Below are positions 1 through 11,007 of a stretch of DNA of 64,000 nucleotides, piece by piece. The stretch's first letter is position 1. Every line of letters starts with the position of its first letter. The DNA comes from Eledone cirrhosa (taxonomy: Eukaryota): assembly GCA_964016885.1 (NCBI GenBank), contig OZ024756.1:10726001-10790000 (forward strand), written 5' to 3'. The position numbers were made by a program, and so were the translations under genes. Under the pieces are notes generated by a model. The model did not search any database. It was not told where the DNA came from and worked only from the letters and a program-made list of their open reading frames with translations.

Positions 1-115
1 ATCCCAGTGTATTACTGGTACTTAATTTTATCGACCCCGGGATTTGAACTCAGAATGGCAAGGGCCGTAACTCTATGCGTCAAAGCATGGCGTCCGACCC
101 TCTACCGATACTGTC
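1..115 (-). mobile_element. tRNA-derived SINE family A, partial and internally deleted
   Basis: Matches the copies at 5346, 5932 and 23757 (attactggtact..tttatcgaccc..ggatttgaactcaga..aaagcatggcgtccgaccctctaccgatactg). Confidence 0.8.
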
Positions 116-354
116 ATTTCAAAACCATATAATAATAATAATAATAATGCTAATATTTGACTGTAGCAGTTATTATCGTTGTTCACCTGGATTTCCAGGT
201 TATAAGAGAACTTTCCAGATAGTAGTTGAGCTGAAGAAACCTGATTAGTTTTAATTAGTCTTCATATCTGTCCACTGATCTTTATTATATATAGTTAATT
301 GCTTTAGCTACTCTAGCAAATTTAATTGGTAGATATTCCATGCTGAAAATGTGG

Positions 355-360
355 GCACAT

Positions 361-406
<46 letters not shown>

Positions 407-720
407 TTACATATATGTATATATATTTATATATAAATATATATATTTTTATATATATGCATATATATTCATATATATGTATATATAATTATATATATAT
501 ATTATATATATGTATATATATATTTACATATATGTATATATATTTATATATAAATGTATATATTTTTATATATATATGCATATATATTCATATATATGTA
601 TATATAATTATATATTTATATATATTATATATATATATGTATATATATTTACATATATGTATATATATGTATATATATATATATATGAAATTATATATTC
701 ATATATATATACACATACAA
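355..720. repeat. (CA)n/(TA)n degenerate microsatellite with an internal duplication
   Basis: Low-complexity TA run; the block 'atgcatatatattcatatatatgt' occurs twice (about 457 and 577). Confidence 0.9.
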
Positions 721-918
721 TATTACCTATACATTTATTCTCTCTTCACACTCATTACGAGGTATAAGAGTATATAAGCATGTAATGTATATAATTATGC
801 CTATACTAATACACATATACACACACACAAACACATATATACCCATACATATACATACACACACACATACATATTTATGCATGCACAGACACATATTTTT
901 CTCTCTCTATATATATAT

Positions 919-1257
919 ATCATCATCATTTCATTTTACGTCCGCTTTTCCCTGCTTGCAAGGGTGGGACGGGAACTGATTCTGGCTTGATTTCTACAGC
1001 TGGATGCCCTTCCTGACACCAACCTCATTTACAGTGAGTGCTGGGTGCTTTTTTGCCGTGGCACCTCCACGACCAGTTTGCAGTGGAATGATAGGGACCC
1101 CAGTCCCTATCATCTCATTTCTACAGCTGAGTAAACTGGAGCAATGTGAAATAAAGTGCCTTGCTCAATGAAACAACATATCACCCGGTCTGAGAATTGA
1201 ACTCACAACCTTTCGATTGCAAGGCCAATGCTCTAACCACTAAGCCATGTGCCTCCA
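919..1257 (-). mobile_element. SINE family B: tRNA-like head, CORE-like centre, RTE-type 3' tail
   Basis: Minus strand has A box TGGCTTAGTGG, B box GAGTTCAATTC, 'ttgagcaaggcacttt', the RTE 3' motif 'aggaagggcatccagctgtagaaa' and a (GAT)n tail. Near-identical copies at 4703, 13313 and 34549. Confidence 0.9.
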
Positions 1258-1522
1258 TTACATAACTATATATATATATAGTTATGTAATAAACAACATA
1301 AGGCAATTATTCCATTTACCAGTGGTTTCTTAAAAGCAAAAAATTTTGCTTTCAATCCTCAGAATGAAAAAATCCTGGTCTGTTTATTGAATTTGGATTT
1401 TAAAAAACCTAATGTTGTTTATTACATAACTATTAAGCTCTGTTACCTACATAGAGCACTCTTTTTTCCTGGACTTTTCCGACGGAATTACTTCATTTAC
1501 ACATACATATATATATATATAC

Positions 1523-1938
1523 AGAAGACCTGCCTTGCCTAAGTACAAAGCGAAACCTACAGTCAGTAGGCACCTCTAACAAAAATACACCCCGTCCCAC
1601 TACCCCCACCCCACCCACACCACCCCTTCCAATGTAAAGTTATGTTGCTACCAGTCCGAAACAAATGTAAAGTTATGTTGCTATCCAGTCCGAAACAAAT
1701 GAGGTCGTGTAGGTGTCACGACAAAAAAAAAACACACACAGTCCACGCTGTAATGTGGCCGTGTAGGTAACATGGTAAAAACCTCCCAGTCCACACTGTA
1801 AACGTGGTTGGTGTTAGGAAGGGCATCCAACCGTAGAAAACCCGCCAGACAGTCCTATACGAGCAGGACAACCAATCTTGCCTCAAGTGGGAAAATTCCC
1901 GTCCAAACCCATGCTAGCGTGGAAGATGGACGTTAAAC

Positions 1939-1969
<31 letters not shown>
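1523..1969 (+). mobile_element. 5'-truncated RTE LINE 3' end (family of 19050-21080)
   Basis: Similar to the reverse complement of 19050-19440 (last codons plus 3' UTR); (GAT)n tail. Confidence 0.85.
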
Positions 1970-2016
1970 CATTGATATTAAATAAATGGAGACTATATTT
2001 ATAAAACCATATATAT

Positions 2017-2799
2017 TAAGTATATTAAGTAACTAAATAGTGTGCTATATATAACAACGCACATGGTCTGAGCGTGTCTCACAAACTTACACCACTAAAA
2101 ATAGCAGCCAGGTTTACTCGACATTTGAAATAGCTCAACAAATTAACGGAGCCGAATATATCAAAGGTATATATTGCGTCAGGAACTCAAAATAGTCTCT
2201 TACAATAAAATAGCTCTAAGAAAGAGATATTTCCGAGCCATATATTATAATTGAATATAAAAGAAAAACGAACACAGATATATACATATATGTGTTCAAA
2301 TCATAAGGGACCAGATTTGAATAAATGTCGAATAAACCTGGCTGCTATTTTTAATGGTGTAAGTTTGTGAGACACGCTAAGATACCATGTGTGTTATTAT
2401 ATATAGCACACTATTTAGTTTCTTAATATACTTAGATGTGTCTAGGATACTGATACTAATTCATCACCCACTGATGAGCAAGAATTGGTAATTCTATTCA
2501 CAATTAATATTGCGAAACAGCACCAAGTTGTCTGGGTGATTGGTAGTTACCACAATTCCGGTTTGTATTTATTTTCTTGTTTTTTTCTTAAATTGAGACA
2601 GGCAAACACAATTGTCTATAGTTAGTATTCTTTTCACCTTAGCGAATCTGGTCCCTTATGATTTGAACACATATATCTATATATCTGTGTTCGTTTTTCT
2701 TTTATATTCAATTATAATATATGGCTCGGAAATATCTCTTTCTTAGAGCTATTTTATTGTAAGAGACTATTTTGAGTTCCTGACGCAATATATACCTTT

Positions 2800-2805
<6 letters not shown>
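2017..2805 (+). mobile_element. Penelope-like (PLE) terminal fragment with two inverted duplications and a hammerhead
   Basis: 2017-2127 is inverted at 2323-2434, and 2157-2317 is inverted at 2645-2805. Hammerhead at 2463-2540. Ends in (TA)n. Confidence 0.7.
2463..2540 (+). ncRNA. Type I hammerhead ribozyme motif
   Basis: Stem I ATCACCCA/TGGGTGAT (8 bp); CTGATGA 2471-2477; stem II GCAA..TTGC; GAAA 2514-2517; stem III ACAGC/GTTGT; GTC cleavage triplet ending at 2532. Confidence 0.85.
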
Positions 2806-2837
<32 letters not shown>

Positions 2838-2840
<3 letters not shown>

Positions 2841-2975
2841 CAAAGGAGGTGTGGTAAGGAACCAGATGGAGCATAATGCACCAGAGTACTCAATACTTAG
2901 GGTAGTAGAGTGGGTAACAGAGCTCAAGCCGTTTCGACAACTATTTCTGGACTCTGGAGTCCAGAAATAGCTTCA
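2838..2975 (-). mobile_element. PLE-type 3' terminal fragment with partial hammerhead (same family as 6320-6460)
   Basis: 'agagtactcaatacttagggtagtagagtggg' is the reverse complement of about 6387-6418. Hairpin ctatttctggact/agtccagaaatag lies next to GAAAC on the minus strand. Confidence 0.55.
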
Positions 2976-3104
2976 TTATGAAACATCTACTAATGAAACA
3001 TCATTTAATTTATAATAAATTGGAGTGAAAGCAATTGGTGCATGTGTTTCTTATTGGCAACATGACCCTCCCAAAGTATAACAATATATATATATATATA
3101 TATA

Positions 3105-3714
3105 TTGTTTTACTTTGTGAGGGTCATGTTGCCAATAAGAAACACACGCACCAGTTACTTTCACTCAAATTTATTATAAATTGAATTATAAATTTAAAAA
3201 ATTTATAAATATCTGGTTGGTTGGTTCCACAACCGGATGGTTGTTCATATATTGTCAAAGTTCTTTCGTCACACATTCTGTGACGTCTTCAGTGACTGGG
3301 GATTCTTTTCTTTGTTTTGTGCCTCTCCTTTGTTCTGTCCTATGCCATCTTGTTTTTGTGTGTGTGTGTTGTGTCCTTAGTTTGCGCATGTGTTACATCC
3401 GGGTGTCTGTGTGTGTTTTTATTTGTTTATTTACATGTTACTGGTTGGTTGTTTGTTCTATGTGTGTGTTTTTTTCATTTTGTCCTTAATTTTAAGTTGT
3501 GATGTTGCTATTCCATTCATGTTTTCTATTTAATTTTGGTGGAGTTCACTTATGTTTATTGCCTCTGTGATTTGTCTAAACATTGCGTCTTTTCTGTGTG
3601 CAGATTTTATCTTTATTTCTATGTTCTCTAATTTGCCCTTATGTACTATTTTAGCAATATCGGTTTCAACACACATTTTCAGATAAAGAATCTTACTAAA
3701 CAAATTCAGAAACG

Positions 3715-3715
<1 letters not shown>
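3105..3715 (-). mobile_element. PLE relic: GIY-YIG endonuclease C-terminus, 3' region and minimal hammerhead
   Basis: Translation 'HRKDAMFRQITEAINISELH', then with a 1-nt frameshift 'KLNRKHEWN', resembling the PLE R..EA..I....LN.K.EW terminus. Hammerhead-like motif at 3254-3296. Confidence 0.7.
3254..3296 (-). ncRNA. Minimal hammerhead-like motif (variant)
   Basis: GTCA-CTGAAGA-C-GTCACA gaatg TGTGAC-GAAA-GAACTT-TGAC: 4-bp stem I, 6-bp stem II, very short stem III, one extra nucleotide after the core. Confidence 0.55.
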
Positions 3716-3762
<47 letters not shown>

Positions 3763-4028
3763 CCATACTTACTCATATGAACAGCAAATGACAATATGAC
3801 AATATAAATTACTATGTCCAAATTTTCCTCGCTCTGTTCCTTAGTGAAAGGAACGAAATAAAGATTCTAACACAATTACCTCCCCCTAGCTACAACTAAT
3901 GGACTACTAATGTCTTACTTTTCCTGCCATCTTCCAGAAACTACTTTCTAGTACAGCTGAAGATTGCTTGACAAACTGATTATATAACAGAATTAACTCA
4001 CACTAATGAAACATCTACTGAAAGTGTC

Positions 4029-4061
<33 letters not shown>

Positions 4062-4064
4062 GTA

Positions 4065-4200
4065 CAAGTTGTATTTAATTTGTTGGAATTCCGACAAACA
4101 TAAATGTTTATAACTGATTTAGAGCACTCAACAGTTTACTGGAGTAAATATTCCATGATATTAAATAAATGGAAACTATATTTATAAAACCATATTATAT
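4065..4200 (-). mobile_element. PLE-type 3' terminus, family P1 (also 1970-2012, 5700-5792, 6112-6255, 34972-35140)
   Basis: Shares 'aatatggttttataaatatagtttcc..tttatttaatatc..tgttgagtgct..ccaacaaattaaata'. In the 35 kb copy this sequence directly follows a hammerhead. Confidence 0.65.
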
Positions 4201-4212
4201 ATATATATACAT

Positions 4213-4370
4213 ATGTAAATGTGGTTGGTGTTAGGAAGGGCATCCAGCTGTAGAAAACCCGCCAGACAGTCCTATGCGAGCAAGACAACCACTCTTGCCT
4301 CAAGTGGGAAAACTCCCGTCCAAACCCATGCAAGCGTGGAACATGGACGTTAAACGATGATGATGATGAT
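4213..4370 (+). mobile_element. RTE LINE 3' UTR fragment
   Basis: Near-identical to the reverse complement of about 19055-19220; (GAT)n tail. Confidence 0.85.
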
Positions 4371-4455
4371 ATGTATATAGAGATGTGTGTCTGTGTATGC
4401 ATATATATGTATGTGTATATATTTGTGTGTGTGTGTATATATATATATACATATA

Positions 4456-4643
4456 TAGAAGTGGTAACACAACAGTTAGTTCACCATACCGAGAACAATT
4501 GTTTCACCTTAGTGGAACCTCAGCTAAGGTGAAATAATTGTTCTCGGTATGGTGAACTAACTGTTGTGTTACCACTTCTACCAAACTCGTCCCATGGACT
4601 GAGTGCTCTACCACTACGGATATTACCTTCCAGTGTTCTACCT
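4456..4643 (+). mobile_element. Fold-back PLE-type terminus (family also at 36038-36178)
   Basis: 57-bp arms at 4456-4512 and 4524-4580 with 1 mismatch and an 11-nt loop; the 3' extension is shared with 36115-36175. Confidence 0.7.
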
Positions 4644-4650
4644 CTCTCTC

Positions 4651-4681
<31 letters not shown>

Positions 4682-4702
4682 GTGTGTGTATATGCATAAA
4701 TA

Positions 4703-5046
4703 TCATCATCATCATCATCATCTTTTACGTCCACTTTTCCCTGCTTGCAAGGGTGGGACGGGAACTGATTCTGGCTTGATTTCTACAGCTGGATGCCCTT
4801 CCTAACACCAGCCTCATTTACAGTGAGTGTTGGGTGCTTTTTTGCTGTGGCACCTCCACGACCAATTTGCAGTGGAATGATATGGACCCCAGTCCCTATC
4901 ATCTCATTTCTACAGCTGAGTAAACTGGAGCAATGTGAAATAAAGTGTCTTGCTCAAGGACACAACACATCACCCGGTCTGAGAATTGAACTCACAACCT
5001 TTCGATTGCAAGCCCAATGCTCTAACCACTAAGCCATGTGCCTCCA
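4703..5046 (-). mobile_element. SINE family B, full length
   Basis: Same structure as 919-1257. Confidence 0.9.
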
Positions 5047-5084
5047 AATATGTATGTGTATAAACGTGTGTGTGTGCGTATATA

Positions 5085-5125
<41 letters not shown>

Positions 5126-5143
5126 AAATTAAACAAAAAACGT

Positions 5144-5605
5144 TTAATTCATAGTACAACTCATTATTTTACGATCGTTTCTGGGGGGTAGTTCCCCGTA
5201 TGTCATTCTATTATTGATCTATGCAAAATATATTACAAAATATCATAGTAAGAAAATATACATACGTCTTCACTGCCCGCCGTCTTAAGAAATAATCAGA
5301 AATGTTCTTACTATGATATTTTGTAATATATTTTGCATAGATCAATAATTGTTTCTACTTTAGGCACAAGGCCAGCAATTACCCCAGTACATTACTGGTA
5401 CTTTATTTTATCGACCCCGTAAGGATGAAAGGCAAAGTCATCCTCGGCGGGATTTGAACTCAGATCGTAAAGGGACGTAACTATGCAGGAAAGCATGGCG
5501 TCCGACCCTCTACCGATACTGCCAATCCACTGCATAGATCAATAATAGAATGGAACTACCCCCCAGAAACGATCGTAAAAAAAATGAGTTGTACTATGAA
5601 TTAAC
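5144..5605. mobile_element. Fold-back element between (TA)n tracts, right arm interrupted by a SINE
   Basis: 5144-5255 is the reverse complement of 5305-5349 joined to 5547-5605. Confidence 0.75.
5346..5530 (-). mobile_element. SINE family A, full length with TSD
   Basis: A-box-like TGGCAGTATCGG and B box GAGTTCAAATCC. Central 'gcctttcatccttacggggtcgataaaataaagtacc' resembles the Meta-type SINE domain. TSD tgcatagatcaataat at 5334-5349 and 5531-5546. Confidence 0.9.
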
Positions 5606-5607
5606 CG

Positions 5608-5670
<63 letters not shown>

Positions 5671-5931
5671 TGGGATAATTTGAACCCTTAAGGTATATCA
5701 ATCCTTGGTCATGTCAAATATTTATAAAACATTTTGTATTTTATCTGATGATAGCGCACCAAAATTTTTGGTACCCTTGAAATATATATAATTGTATATA
5801 TATATATATATATATACTTAGGGTAAACATTGATGCAATTCAATTCAAGCACTCAACGTACTTATTCCACATAGGAGTAAATATCGAATAAGGAAAACCG
5901 AAGTAGTTTCAGATGTTCAAGTCTTTTAATA

Positions 5932-6105
5932 ATAATTGTTTCTACTTTAGGCACAATTACCCAGTGCATTACTGGTACTTTATTTTATCTAGCCCGTAAG
6001 GATGGAAGGCAAAGTCAACCTCGGCAGATATTTGAACTCAGATCGTAAAGGGATGTAACTATGCTGGAAAGCATGGCGTCCGACCCTCTACCGATACTGC
6101 CAATC
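5932..6105 (-). mobile_element. SINE family A
   Basis: Matches 5346-5530. Confidence 0.85.
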
Positions 6106-6259
6106 ATATATATAATGGAATAAATATGGTTTTATAAATATAGTTTCCCTTTATTTAATATCAATTGAATACTAAACTCCAGAAAACCTGTTGAGTGCTT
6201 TGAATCAGTAGTAAACATCTATATTTGTTGGATTTCCAACAAATTAAATATCTCTTATA

Positions 6260-6460
6260 TATAGGAATAGATCAGGATCCCGATGGCTGAGCTCCTACTG
6301 TTCGACAGCTAGATCCGAACTAGTTCTGATCTAGCTGTTGAAACAGTCGGAGCTCAGCTGTCGGGGTCCCGACTCTATTCCTATAACCCACTCTACTACC
6401 CTAAGTATTGAGTACTCTAGTGCGTTATGGTCCACCTAGTATCTTAACACATCCTCTTTG
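6260..6460 (+). mobile_element. Palindromic PLE-type terminus
   Basis: Imperfect palindrome at 6260-6385 centred on gaactagttc; the 3' extension is shared with 2838-2915. Confidence 0.65.
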
Positions 6461-6507
6461 CTATATATATACATATGTATATATATATATATATGGAGTG
6501 GAGACAC

Positions 6508-6630
6508 ATCACTGTAAATGAGGTTGGTGTTAGGAAGGGCATCCAGCTGTAGAAACCAAGCCAGAATCAGTTCCCGTCCCACCCTTGCAAGCAGGGAAAA
6601 GTGGACGTAAAATGAAATGATGATGATCAT
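6508..6630 (+). mobile_element. SINE family B 3' portion
   Basis: cactgtaaatgaggttggtgttaggaagggcatcc..cccacccttgcaagcagggaaaa..gatgatgat. Confidence 0.8.
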
Positions 6631-7059
6631 CATCATCATCATCACCGTTTTACGTCCGTTCTTCCACGCTAGCATGTTGATGATATATATATTATTGTAA
6701 TTGTAATTGTTTTACATGTGACTTGATCTGAGACTGTGTGCTGAAACTGAAGGAATTATATCATGAAAAAGTCAGCTTAGCCATTTATGAATACATAAAA
6801 TCTGCTCTCTTCACTTTTCGGTTATATAGAAAGGTGTGAAAATCTTTGTGGAACACCTGCTTCGTTCTGGTCACTCACCATTCCACCACAACTCTCAACA
6901 TCTAGCAGTGACCTGTCAATGGCCAAATCATAAACAGGAAACAAAAAAAATGTTTTTGTACCTCAATAGATAAACAAAAAGTGACTTTAAAAGATTGTGT
7001 GTGTGTCTTTAATTGTCTAAGATGGCTCTTTCGTGACACCATTCACGCACAGACATATA

Positions 7060-7498
7060 TCATTATCATCATCACCATCACCATCACCATCATCATCATC
7101 ATCATCGCCATCAACGACATCATCATTATCATCGTCATCATCATCATCATCATAATCATCATCATCATCATTATCATTATCATCATTATCATCATCCTTA
7201 TTATCACCATCATCACCATCATCATCATCATCATCATCATCGCCATCATTGCCATCATCATCATCACCATCATCATCACCATCATCATCATCATCACCAT
7301 CATCATCATCACCATCATCATCATCGCCATCATCATTATCATCTTTATCATCATCCTTATTATCACCATCATCACCATCATCATCATCATCATCATCATA
7401 ATCATCATCATCATCATCATCATCATCATTGCCATCATCATTATCATCATCCTTATCACCATCACCATCATTATCATCTTTATCATCATCATCATTGC

Positions 7499-7544
<46 letters not shown>

Positions 7545-7595
7545 GCCATCATCATTATCATCATCATCATCATCGCCATCATCATTTTCATCTTT

Positions 7596-7627
<32 letters not shown>

Positions 7628-7835
7628 CTTTATCATCATCCTTATTACCATCACCACCACCATCATCGTCATCACCACCACCACCACCACCACACCACCA
7701 TCAGCAGCAGCGGTAGCAAAATTATTATCGTTATCATCATCATCCTTATCACCCTTAATCGTCATCATCATCATCATCATCATCATCATTAACAAAGTCC
7801 TCCTCCTCCCTCAACATTACCACCACCACCACCAC
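7060..7835. repeat. Imperfect (CAT)n/(CAC)n trinucleotide array
   Basis: Directly visible; explains the poly-I, poly-M and poly-S ORFs. Confidence 0.95.
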
Positions 7836-7989
7836 CTGTCCATTTTTCCATGTTTGCATGGGTCATACGAGCTATCACGTTATAAGTTTCGCCAGGTCAG
7901 GTGACCATGTCCTGCTCAAACAGATCTCTTTTCTATGGCTGGATGTTGTTCCTAATGCCAACCACATTACAGCATGTGCTGTGGGCTTT

Positions 7990-8850
7990 ACTCATGACAC
8001 CACCTCTAATACTTTACAGAGTGGACCTGGTGCTCTTCAAGGTAGCACTAGAACAATCACTTTACAGGGTGGACTGGGTGCTCTTCATGGTATGATGATC
8101 ACCTTACATGGTGGACTGGGTGCATTTCGTCATGACACCACCTCTAATACTTTACAGAGTGGACCTGGTGCTCTTCAAGGTAGCACTAGAACAATCACTT
8201 TACAGGGTGGACTGGGTGCTCTTCATGGTATGATGATCACCTTACATGGTGGACTGGGTGCATTTCGTCATGACACCACCTCTAATACTTTACAGAGTGG
8301 ACCTGGTGCTCTTCAAGGTAGCACTAGAACAATCACTTTACAGGGTGGACTGGGTGCTCTTCATGGTATGATGATCACCTTACATGGTGGACTGGGTGCA
8401 TTTCGTCATGACACCACCTCTATTACTTTACAGAGTGGACCTGGTGCTCTTCATGGTAGCACTAGAGCAATCACTTTACAGGGTGGACTGGGTGCTCTTC
8501 ATGGTATGATGATCACCTTACATGGTGGACTGGGTGCATTTCTTCATGGCACCAGTACCAACACTTTACAGGGTGGACTGGGTGCTCTTCACGGTAGGAT
8601 GATCACCTTACATGGTGGACTGGGTGCATTTGGTCATGGCACCAGTACCAACACTTTACAGGGTGGACTGGGTGCTCTTCACGTTAGGATGATCACCTTA
8701 CATGGTGGACTGGGTGCATTTCGTCATGGCACCAGTACCAACACTTTACAGGGTGGACTGGGTGCTCTTCATGGTAGGATGATCACCTTACATGGTGGAC
8801 TGGGTGTGTTTGGTCATGTCACCAGTATTCCCTTTTTACAAGGTGCACTG
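7990..8850. repeat. Minisatellite of 45/48-bp monomers in 138-bp then 90-bp higher-order units, derived from an RTE/SINE 3' tail
   Basis: 'catgacacc' recurs every 138 bp (7993, 8131, 8269, 8407). Monomer core 'actttacagagtggactgggtgc' resembles the SINE B tail 'atttacagtgagtgctgggtgc' and continues the decayed tail at 7835-7990. Confidence 0.85.
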
Positions 8851-9339
8851 GATGCTTTTTGTCAGGTGGTTATAGTGGTACTACAGGAAAACAAACCCAG
8901 TACATGATGTGAAGGGATTAGCATTAGAAGGGGCATCCAGCCATAGAAACCTTACCAATATGAAACATAAACAAGCTACAGTTGTCTGATCCTCCTGTCT
9001 AACCCATGCTGTTGTCGAAAATAGATTTAGAATAGTGATGATGATGATGATGATATGACAATCTGTCGAACATCTGAATTTGAAAACCTGTCTAAGCCAT
9101 TCAGGTGTGGAAAATAGATGTAAAATGGTGATGATGATGATGATGATGATGATGATGTCCATATATATTTCATATTTATGGAAATGATTTTACCTTTTGT
9201 GTGAGATGTAATTAATATATATTTATCATCAATATATGAATATAATCAATATATATTTGAGATGTCATCAATATATATATGTAATCAATATATATTTATC
9301 ATTAATATATATTTGAGGTCTAATCAATATATATTTGTT

Positions 9340-9780
9340 TTCTTCTTCTACCACTTATTTCTGAAAGGGTCATGGGGGCAGAGACCTGAAACACTCCTTC
9401 CAGCAGGTCCTGTCAGAAGCACCTGACTCCAACTGATCCAGCTGGATACCCAAGCGCGACCAGTCAGGCTCATGGATGTTATCCAACCACCTTGCTCGGG
9501 GTCTACCCTTGGGTTTCTTGCTTGTTGGTTCTTCCCATCAAATCTGTCCAGCGATTCTTTGCTGAGACATTCTAACCACATGTCCATAGTATCAGAGCTG
9601 TGATGTGTCAATTTGGAGAAGTAGCAGCTCTAGCTGGAGTCACTCTCTGATCTCTGAGCTATGCACTCTATTGAGTAATGTAACTTCAAAGACCCTTTGG
9701 AGGAACCCCATTTTGGACACTTGTATTTGCCATCGTATTCTTTTGGTCATTACCCAAGATTCATGACCGTAGGTAAGGTT
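9340..9780 (-). pseudogene. Decayed RTE LINE RT C-terminus
   Basis: 'LTYGHESWVMTKRIRWQIQ..YYGHVVRM..KKPKGRPRARWLDNI' with stops. Confidence 0.8.
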
Positions 9781-10714
9781 TTTGCATGAATACCATATTG
9801 AAGATAGTGAGTTACAGCAAATATTAAATATATGTGTCTCTTTTCTTGGTATTTCTTACTTTCATATTCTTTCACAAAACTAGTTTTGTTACTAACCTAT
9901 GTGACATAAATTCCTTCTGTTAGAATTCTTCAAGAGTAAATGTGAGGAGGTGAACAACAAGAACATCTCAAAGGTTTCTCTCACAGTTCCACTGCAGTAA
10001 ACATGTCAAATGTCTTTGTTTATTCTTTACAAGTCTTATCTGTTCAAGTATAGTATTAAAACCTTTTTGTCTAATCTGCTTAACTTTCCTACTGATCATC
10101 TCTAATGTATTCAAAGTATCAACAAACTTTCTCATCCTGTGTATTATAAATATTCCCAGTCTTAGATTTTCATTTTGATTTTATTATATTTTTTCTGTGA
10201 GATTTTTGTGTGTCAAAATTCATATTTTTATAACAATGTTTTATTTTCCTTCTTACAGAAAATGAACAATATTATTTTTATTTTCCATTTTATTGTAATC
10301 TTATTACAACATTATGTCTATGAATACTCCTTGTTTTCTGAGAAATGAATACACATATTTTCATCTGTTTCTCTCTAGTTCAGACTTTTATATTTCAATA
10401 CCTTATGGTAGTTTTCTCTTTCACATCAATTCTCATACTAAAATAATGTATTTGAACAACTGTGGTTGGCACTATAGCAGATATAAGTTCCAGATAAATT
10501 GAGACTGTGGTTCAGTTCTATGTTTGAGACATATTTCACCTCATTTCTACCTTAATGTCATTGGAGAAGACATAAACATTCCATTGTCCTCTAAAAATAC
10601 TGTAGTATTCTATCTAATTAAAAGAATCCTTTAGCTGACATTTACCATTCCAATTCTGAGTTTAGAGAAATCAATATTGCTCATTCTGTTCAGATATTTA
10701 AAAGTAGTATTGAC

Positions 10715-10835
10715 CAACAAGATCTCCGACCTCGTTCACTTACCAAGTGGGGTGGAACTTGTCAAATCTGACCAAGGAAACAATGTTTTCATTGGTCTTT
10801 CCATTGCTGATACCATCTACCAGTCGCAACTCCTG
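10715..10835 (+). repeat. Unclassified dispersed repeat (inverse copy at 22675-22800)
   Basis: 'gtggggtg.aacttgtca.a...gaccaaggaaacaatgttt..attggtcttt..attgctgatac' is present in both places. Confidence 0.7.
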
Positions 10836-11007
10836 GCAGAAAAAGCAATGTGAAATAAAATATCTCTCTCAAGGACATAATGTTCCATCCAGTCCAGGAA
10901 TTGAACCTCAGGATTGCAAACCCAATTCTCTACCCACTAAGCCACAGGCCTACAAAAGTAAATTCTGCTAAACGAGTGTTGTTGAGTAAAATCAAGCAAG
11001 TTCCCAT

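Noticed and set aside
231-260. CTGAAGA hammerhead core (also 3957 and 29871 minus)
   Set aside because: No properly placed stem II-GAAA-stem III could be built.
340-979. Tyr/Ile/His-rich ORFs (also at 18236-18719, 29220-29806, 36091-36505)
   Set aside because: Translations of (TA)n/(CA)n tracts.
1185-1257. tRNA gene
   Set aside because: A and B boxes are present, but it is the head of a four-copy SINE and lacks a proper acceptor stem.
6981-7904. Poly-Ile, poly-Met and poly-Ser ORFs
   Set aside because: Translations of a (CAT)n microsatellite.
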